Part shown: one piece after another, positions 42,401-48,560 of the stretch
Position numbering within the stretch: position 1 is the first letter of the stretch
How the letters are laid out: each line of letters opens with the position of its first letter
Assembly (NCBI GenBank): GCA_963675245.1
Contig: OY775910.1
Coordinates: 352,001 to 416,000, forward strand
DNA: 64,000 nt
Source: Acholeplasmataceae bacterium
Lineage (GTDB): Bacteria; Bacillota_I; Bacilli_A; Acholeplasmatales; Acholeplasmataceae
Direction of reading: 5' to 3'
The notes under the pieces: model-generated
Told to the model about the DNA's origin: nothing
Seen by the model: only the letters and a program-made list of their open reading frames with translations
Databases searched by the model: none
Made by a program: the position numbers and the translations under genes

Positions 42401-43416
42401 TGAATATCCTTACCTGTCACTTTCGCGATATTGTGTAATTGTTTAACCATATGATCATACTTTTGAGGTTTAAGCGATTGTGCACCATCAGAGAATGCAT
42501 GTTCTGGATCATGATGAACTTCAACGATTAAGCCATGTGCACCGACCGCTAAACTTGCTAACGATAACTCTTCAATCATTTCCCAGCGACCTGCAGCATG
42601 AGATGGATCAATAATGACTGGTAAATGAGATAATTGTTTAACCGCTAAAACAGCACTGATATCCAATGTGTTTCTAGTGTATTTTTCAAATGTACGAATA
42701 CCTCTTTCACAAAGAATGACATTGTCATTGCCTGAAGCCATGATATATTCAGCTGACATAAGCCATTCTTCAATGGTGGATGCGAGACCACGCTTTAATA
42801 AAATGGGTTTGTCTGTCTTCCCGAGTGTTTTTAATAATTCGAAGTTTTGCATGTTTCTCGCACCAATTTGAATGATATCTACGTATGCATTAAATTCATC
42901 TAATAAATTAGGATCCATTATTTCACTAACGACAAGCATACCAAATTCATCTGCAACTTTACGTAATAATTTTAACCCTTCCACACCCATTCCTTGGAAT
43001 GAATATGGTGACGTTCTTGGTTTATATGCACCACCACGTAAGATTCTTGTGCCTGTTTTAAAAACTTCTTTCGCGATTGTTCTGAGTTGATCTTCTGATT
43101 CCACAGAACATGGACCTGCCATTAATGTAAAATGATCTCCACCCACTTTAATACCCATTGGTAATTCAAGAATCGTATCTTCTGGATGAAAAGATCTGCT
43201 CGCTTTTTTAAATGGTGTGGATACACGGGTGACATCACCAACACCTTCAAACGCATAAAGATCAAATGGTTCGATTTGTGTCGTATCACCGATGATACCA
43301 AAAATCGTGACCTGATCACTGCTTACATCTTTTATTTCTAATCCTTTTTCTTGCAAAAATTCAACAAGTTTTAAGTATTGATTTCTAGTTGATTCTTTTT
43401 TCATTTTAATAATCAT
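42397..43416 (-). CDS. aroF: DAHP synthase, type I-beta, with N-terminal regulatory domain
   Basis: AGPCSVES, KPRTSPYSFQG, IGARNMQN, DPSH. Confidence 0.95.
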   Translation of the reverse strand: MIIKMKKESTRNQYLKLVEFLQEKGLEIKDVSSDQVTIFGIIGDTTQIEPFDLYAFEGVGDVTRVSTPFKKASRSFHPEDTILELPMGIKVGGDHFTLMAGPCSVESEDQLRTIAKEVFKTGTRILRGGAYKPRTSPYSFQGMGVEGLKLLRKVADEFGMLVVSEIMDPNLLDEFNAYVDIIQIGARNMQNFELLKTLGKTDKPILLKRGLASTIEEWLMSAEYIMASGNDNVILCERGIRTFEKYTRNTLDISAVLAVKQLSHLPVIIDPSHAAGRWEMIEELSLASLAVGAHGLIVEVHHDPEHAFSDGAQSLKPQKYDHMVKQLHNIAKVTGKDIQ

Positions 43417-43440
43417 ATTGTTGCGCTCCTTGGCTTCTTA

Positions 43441-43473
43441 AATATAAAAATCCCCGAGGACAACCTCAAGGAT
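43441..43473 (-). terminator. Leader (attenuator) terminator upstream of aroF
   Basis: RNA AUCCUUGAGG-UUGU-CCUCGGGGAU followed by UUUUAUAUU, ending about 10 nt before the aroF RBS. Confidence 0.8.
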
Positions 43474-43538
43474 ATTTGTTCATCGCTTTGGCTGTTCCCT
43501 TCATTTCATTACGAAAAGGAATGCCTCACATTCCTTAT

Positions 43539-43586
43539 TTATCTATAGTAATAATATGCGTAAGAAACAGTCTTATAATTTAACAT
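43539..43586 (-). CDS. Tyr-rich leader peptide MLNYKTVSYAYYYYR (putative attenuator peptide)
   Basis: AAAGGTGA RBS 7 nt before ATG; 6 of 15 codons are Tyr, four in tandem; lies between the promoter and leader terminator of the aroF-tyrA operon. Confidence 0.85.
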   Translation of the reverse strand: MLNYKTVSYAYYYYR

Positions 43587-43614
43587 GGAAAAATCACCTT
43601 TCCTGTTTGATATA

Positions 43615-43643
43615 ATCGTATCACAATCCCAATAAAAACACAA
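43615..43643 (-). promoter_or_regulatory. Putative sigmaA promoter of the aro operon leader
   Basis: TTGTGT-17 nt-TACGAT with an extended TGn before the -10. Confidence 0.55.
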
Positions 43644-43665
43644 TACAAAAAAAGTTGCAATTAGG

Positions 43666-43717
43666 TATTGTGTTTTACACAGTAATGTGATAATCTAGTA
43701 GTGTGCAATGCACAATA
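43666..43717 (+). promoter_or_regulatory. Two palindromic boxes TAnTGTG-N5-CACAnTA, probable PadR operators
   Basis: TATTGTG-TTTTA-CACAGTA (43666-43684) and TAGTGTG-CAATG-CACAATA (43699-43717) flank a GATAAT -10-like element just before the padR RBS. Confidence 0.6.
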
Positions 43718-43729
43718 AGGAGGCTTTAT

Positions 43730-44047
43730 ATGAATACACAGTTTAAAAAAGGGATTGTAGAAATGTGTGTATTGAGTCTCATGGAACATAAGGATTTATA
43801 TGGATTTGAAGTAATTGAAGCGCTAGCTACAGCGATTGAAGTCAATGAAAACACCGTATATCCGATTCTAAGAAGGCTTACTGCACAAGGATTATTTTCA
43901 ACTTATGTTGAACAAACATCACTAGGTGCACCTAGAAAATATTATCATTTAACTGATCTCGGTCAAGAACGTTTAGGAGAGTACAGATATGAATGGCAAT
44001 CATTTCTAAAAGGTGTAAACAGAATATTGGGAGGTAATGAAGTATGA
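43730..44047 (+). CDS. PadR family transcriptional regulator
   Basis: QFKKGIVEMCVL, YGFE, TVYPILRRL, PRKYYHLT; AAGGAGG RBS. Confidence 0.93.
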   Translation: MNTQFKKGIVEMCVLSLMEHKDLYGFEVIEALATAIEVNENTVYPILRRLTAQGLFSTYVEQTSLGAPRKYYHLTDLGQERLGEYRYEWQSFLKGVNRILGGNEV

Positions 44048-45183
44048 AACAAGATTTTCTTGATCAATTAGAATCAAGCTTAAAAAAACGTCAAGTCGTT
44101 GATTCTGATATTGAAGATGTATTAAATGATTATAATGGCATGTATGATGATGCAATTGATCGTGGTTTATCTGATGAAGAAACACTGAATTTATTGGGTA
44201 ATCCTGATGATGTTGTCAAAGAATTATTAGATACACTCCGCGTTAGAGATTTTAGAGAAGTTAGAAGAAAGAATAATAAACTTGTCGCGTTAGCACCTTT
44301 TCTATCTATAATCGCGTTTATGTTATTAGGTTTTATTGGTGGTATGTGGCATCCTGGTTGGTTAGTATTCTTATTTATTCCAATCGCGGGAGTATTAGGT
44401 AACGTCAATAAAAAAGAAAAGTTTGTTGCTATTTCCCCATTTATATCACTGATTGTCTTTATCTTTTTAGGGGTAGCTTATCAAGCGTGGCATCCAGGTT
44501 GGTTGATGTTTATGCTAGTGCCTATAGCTGGCGTGTTATTTGGTGCTAAGAAAAAAGATCGTTTGTTAGGTGTATTACCATTTCTTGCACTAATTGCTTG
44601 TATATTATTTGGAACATATATGGTTAATGCGTGGGCATGGTCTTGGTTGTTCTTTATGTTAATTCCATTTTTCGGTGCTCTTTATCGTGGCACAGCCTTA
44701 GATCGTTTTTTACTCGCACCATCCATTTTGATCGCAGTTGGATTTTATTTATTCATGTATTTACAATATGATATGCTAACATATGGATTAATCGGATTTG
44801 CATTACCACTAATCATTGCGGTAATCTTAGGTAGAGTAAATATCGTCGTTAAGTTTAATAAATCATTTAAGAATGTTGCAAACTTAATGATATTAATAGT
44901 TTGTCTTGCTGCTTTTCTCATCGTTGGATTTACCGTTCCAAATGCTTGGGGTTGGGCATGGATGATCTTATTACTCATTCCGATTACGTCTGTTCTTATT
45001 CAAAAGCGTCGCGTGAGACTAACCGCTATTATGCCATTTGTTTCAGTCATCATTTTCTTTTCACTCGGCTATTTCTTAGATCTTTGGTATATTTCATGGT
45101 TAGCATTCTTACTCATTCCAATGATGGGTATTTTAGAAAATGACCCTCCTGTTAAAATCAAACACAAAAAAAATAAAGATTAA
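44044..45183 (+). CDS. DUF1700/HAAS-type membrane protein with repeated TM hairpins
   Basis: N-terminal FL..LE..L...DVLNDY...GLSDEE...LGNP motif; six W..W....IP hydrophobic repeats. Confidence 0.8.
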   Translation: MKQDFLDQLESSLKKRQVVDSDIEDVLNDYNGMYDDAIDRGLSDEETLNLLGNPDDVVKELLDTLRVRDFREVRRKNNKLVALAPFLSIIAFMLLGFIGGMWHPGWLVFLFIPIAGVLGNVNKKEKFVAISPFISLIVFIFLGVAYQAWHPGWLMFMLVPIAGVLFGAKKKDRLLGVLPFLALIACILFGTYMVNAWAWSWLFFMLIPFFGALYRGTALDRFLLAPSILIAVGFYLFMYLQYDMLTYGLIGFALPLIIAVILGRVNIVVKFNKSFKNVANLMILIVCLAAFLIVGFTVPNAWGWAWMILLLIPITSVLIQKRRVRLTAIMPFVSVIIFFSLGYFLDLWYISWLAFLLIPMMGILENDPPVKIKHKKNKD

Positions 45184-45186
45184 GTA

Positions 45187-45218
45187 AAAAAAACAGCGAC
45201 ATCTAAGTCGCTGTTTTT
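45187..45218. terminator. Bidirectional terminator
   Basis: AAAAACAGCGAC-ATCTAA-GTCGCTGTTTTT between convergent genes. Confidence 0.8.
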
Positions 45219-45224
45219 ATGATA

Positions 45225-46070
45225 TTAAATTTCTATGTAACCTAAACCTAATGCTTTAGGTCCTGTATGTGCACCAACTACTGGTGTTAAATACGTGACG
45301 ATGACCTCACGATTAGGGAATACTTTTTGAACTTCTTCTTTAAACCACTTCGCATAACCATCCGCGTGCGCATGTGATATAAAGGTAATGACGTTTTTAT
45401 CTTTTGTTTCTTCAATATATTTTTCTAAGACGCGATGATGTGCTTTTTTGGTTGTTCTAATCTTTTCAACAGTGTCTACTTTACCTTCAGCATCAATGGT
45501 TAACATTGGTTTTAATTGAAGCATCGTGCCAAGTGTACCTTGAAGTTTTGATAGGCGACCATTCTTCACTAAGTAAAGAAGTGTGTCCACAGCAAAATAC
45601 ATGTGGTGATGATCTCTAATATGTTCTAACGTTGGTAAGATTTCTTTAACAGATTTACCTTCGGCTGCTAAACGATGTGCTTCTAAAGCCATAAATGTTT
45701 CTGGATAGGCAAGTGTCTTAGAATCAAATGATGTTACTTTAATATTAACTTCTTTAGCCGCTTGTTTAACAGCTTCATTAAGACCAGAAAGTTTCGCTGA
45801 TATTGTAATAACTAGCGCTTCTTCATACCCTTCTTTTTCTAACTTTTCAAAATACTCAATCATTTTTCCAATTGACACATAACTTGTCTTTGGAATATCA
45901 TCAGGATCTTCTGAAATTCTCTTGTAGAATGTTTTTGCATCCATACCAACATAATCATCATATTCTTCATCTCCAAAATGAATGACAGATCTTAAGATGA
46001 TAATATCTTTTGGATAATCGAGATAATCTAATCCCGCATTACTGCAAACAAGTATAGCAACCTTTGGCAT
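45225..46070 (-). CDS. DegV/FakB family fatty-acid-binding protein
   Basis: PKTS, ISAKLSG, YLVKNGRL, GAHTGP. Confidence 0.93.
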   Translation of the reverse strand: MPKVAILVCSNAGLDYLDYPKDIIILRSVIHFGDEEYDDYVGMDAKTFYKRISEDPDDIPKTSYVSIGKMIEYFEKLEKEGYEEALVITISAKLSGLNEAVKQAAKEVNIKVTSFDSKTLAYPETFMALEAHRLAAEGKSVKEILPTLEHIRDHHHMYFAVDTLLYLVKNGRLSKLQGTLGTMLQLKPMLTIDAEGKVDTVEKIRTTKKAHHRVLEKYIEETKDKNVITFISHAHADGYAKWFKEEVQKVFPNREVIVTYLTPVVGAHTGPKALGLGYIEI

Positions 46071-46080
46071 GTGAAGCCTC

Positions 46081-46506
46081 CTATTTATTTTTATTAAGCT
46101 TTTTTAGCTCTTCTTTAATCTCTGTTAGTAGTTTAATATCTTCAGGAACAACAACTTCCTTTGGTGCTTCTGGTTCTTCTATTTTTTTAATTTTTTCTTT
46201 AAATTGTTTTCTACGAATAACCAGTGTTATAACAACATAAATTGAGAAGGCAATAATTAAAAAATTAACAATGGTTTGAATGAATGCACCGTATCTGATT
46301 TCTGATCCATTTAAGACCCAAATCAAATTGGTGAAATCTGATTCACCAGCGATACTTGCGAAAAGTGGCATAATGATATCATTAACAAGTGAGGTTACGA
46401 TTTCTTTAAATGAGAGACCAAGAATAAAAGCAATCGCTAAATCAATGATGTTTCCTTTCGCAATAAACGCTTTAAACCCTTCAAAAAAGACTTTTACGCG
46501 TTTCAT
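46081..46506 (-). CDS. mscL: Large-conductance mechanosensitive channel
   Basis: FKAFIAKGNIIDLAIAFILG, SLVNDIIMP, YGAFI, LLTEIKEEL. Confidence 0.95.
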   Translation of the reverse strand: MKRVKVFFEGFKAFIAKGNIIDLAIAFILGLSFKEIVTSLVNDIIMPLFASIAGESDFTNLIWVLNGSEIRYGAFIQTIVNFLIIAFSIYVVITLVIRRKQFKEKIKKIEEPEAPKEVVVPEDIKLLTEIKEELKKLNKNK

Positions 46507-46588
46507 AATTTTTTCTCCTATTATCGTTTTTTCAATACAATAATATGATATCACAAAATGAAAAGGAAAGAAAAAGGGGGTACCCCCA

Positions 46589-47212
46589 TTAAATTAATTT
46601 TTTTAACGCTCTAAAATCATCAATCGTGACAAAATCAGTTAATCTTGAAGGATGTTGATGTCCTTTTGTATAGCAAATAAAATCAACACCTAAACTTTTC
46701 GCAACATCTCCATCGTGAATTGTATCTCCAATCATGACGGCGTCTTTAGGGTTAATATTCATCTTTTTCATATAGTCATTTCCCACGCCAATTTTACCGT
46801 TTGCATGAACGTTATCTGTGCCTAAAACTTCATCAAATAAATCCTCGATTTGATAGTGTTTTAATTGCGACATTAAATTATTTTTTTCAGATGCTGAAAG
46901 GACAACATTTCTATATCCTTGTGATTTGAAATATGTAATTGTTTCTACCACATAATCATGCAATTTTGCATGTAATGCACGTGTCATATAAAGAGATATA
47001 AATCGCTTTGCCAGTTCATCAAAAGGTGTTTTTTCTAAATCATAAACCTTTGCGTAATAATCACTGACTGGAAACGTGAAAATATGTAAATACTCTTCGA
47101 ATGTTACCGTTGGTCTACCAACTTCTTCTAGCATATCCACTAAGATTTCATAGACTAAATACGCATCGTCTAAAATGGTACCATTAAAGTCCCAAAAAAT
47201 TGTTTTTTTCAT
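46589..47212 (-). CDS. HAD-superfamily hydrolase
   Basis: WDFNGTILDD motif I; MIGDTIHD motif IV. Confidence 0.9.
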   Translation of the reverse strand: MKKTIFWDFNGTILDDAYLVYEILVDMLEEVGRPTVTFEEYLHIFTFPVSDYYAKVYDLEKTPFDELAKRFISLYMTRALHAKLHDYVVETITYFKSQGYRNVVLSASEKNNLMSQLKHYQIEDLFDEVLGTDNVHANGKIGVGNDYMKKMNINPKDAVMIGDTIHDGDVAKSLGVDFICYTKGHQHPSRLTDFVTIDDFRALKKLI

Positions 47213-47221
47213 GGTCTTCAC

Positions 47222-47665
47222 CTACTTGTGATAAGGATGGTTTTTGAGTATCATAAACCCTCTATAAATTTGTTCGATTAACATTAATCGCATAAGTTGA
47301 TGAGGAAATGTCATGTCTGAAAATGAAATGCGTTTATTAGCACGTTCATCTACTTTACGATCAAGTCCATATGATCCGCCAATGATAAACACTAAATCTC
47401 CTTGTGCGTATGTCTGTGCGTGTTCAATCAATTCAGCAAACCCTTCACTTGTTAATTTTTGGCCTTTAATAGCCAGAGCCACCACATAATCTGAAGCTTT
47501 TATTTTAGCAAGGATACGTTCGCCTTCAATCGTCATTCCTTGAGCGGTTGATTCGTCTTTGATTTCTATAAAAGTGATTGTGGTAGGTAATTGTTTTTGA
47601 TAATAGGTAATGCCTGTTTTCAAATATGTTTGATTGAGTTTTCCAACAGCGATAATTTTAATCAT
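47222..47665 (-). CDS. rlmH: 23S rRNA pseudouridine-1915 N3-methyltransferase
   Basis: IIAVGK, FIIGGSYG, MTFPHQLMR..LIEQIYR, HPYHK. Confidence 0.96.
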   Translation of the reverse strand: MIKIIAVGKLNQTYLKTGITYYQKQLPTTITFIEIKDESTAQGMTIEGERILAKIKASDYVVALAIKGQKLTSEGFAELIEHAQTYAQGDLVFIIGGSYGLDRKVDERANKRISFSDMTFPHQLMRLMLIEQIYRGFMILKNHPYHK

Positions 47666-48429
47666 AATGAGATCACCGGTAAACCATCTTTTGATGCATA
47701 GAAAATCTCTACTTTCGTAGGATCATCAAATGCATTCACAATGGCTTCTTCAATCGCTAAAACCGAGTTGCAATCTTCAGAAATATGAGATACAACCCAA
47801 GTTGATTTTTTAGTTTTAATAAATGTGTTCATCAGCCATGCAGCATCTTCGTTTGATAAATGACCACGTTCAGATAAAATACGTTTTTTAAGCAGAAATG
47901 GACGTGGTGAATTCATCAACATCGCTGGATGATGATTCGCCTCTAAAATATATAAATCAGCATCTGTTAGTAATGGGTAATATGATTGATCAACATAACC
48001 TGTATCATTTAATACGACAATTTTCTTTTCTCTTTCAATGACGTAAGCGACTGGTTCATTTGCATCGTGAGACACCATAAACGGCATCACTTGAATGTCT
48101 TCAATGAGAAATGGTTGATCAGCTTTAACAATTTCATAATGTTTAATTAATTGCTTTACATCATCTTTAAGACCATCATATGTACCTTGAGTGACATAAA
48201 TTTGTTTAATTGGGTGGTGTTTGAGTAACATTTTGAGTCCCATTGTGTGATCTTGGTGTTCATGTGTGATTAAAAGTGCATCAATATCATCGAGGGATTC
48301 GTGATATGATGCCATTTTTGTATTCATTCGCTTATAACTAATCCCACAATCTACCATGAGTTTAATATGTCCTACTTTTAAGTAGGTCATATTGCCTTTA
48401 GATCCACTTGCCAAAATGTAGACTTTCAA
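47662..48429 (-). CDS. Metallo-beta-lactamase fold nuclease, YycJ/WalJ-like
   Basis: LASGSKGN, THEHQDH, SHDANEP, EANH, GHLSN; TTG start after AGGTGA. Confidence 0.88.
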   Translation of the reverse strand: MKVYILASGSKGNMTYLKVGHIKLMVDCGISYKRMNTKMASYHESLDDIDALLITHEHQDHTMGLKMLLKHHPIKQIYVTQGTYDGLKDDVKQLIKHYEIVKADQPFLIEDIQVMPFMVSHDANEPVAYVIEREKKIVVLNDTGYVDQSYYPLLTDADLYILEANHHPAMLMNSPRPFLLKKRILSERGHLSNEDAAWLMNTFIKTKKSTWVVSHISEDCNSVLAIEEAIVNAFDDPTKVEIFYASKDGLPVISL

Positions 48430-48560
48430 TGCAATCACCTCTATTTATATTATCATAAAAATGTGTGATATTAACAAATCAACTGAAAGAGGTTGCATTA
48501 CATTCTTAAACATGCTATATTATAAATGCTTGTATGAAATACAAATAAGGAGTGAACACA

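Noticed and set aside
43417..43620. T-box riboswitch upstream of aroF
   Set aside because: I found no UGGNACC antiterminator bulge or recognisable stem I (AG box, GNUG); the leader is occupied by a translatable Tyr-rich sORF instead.
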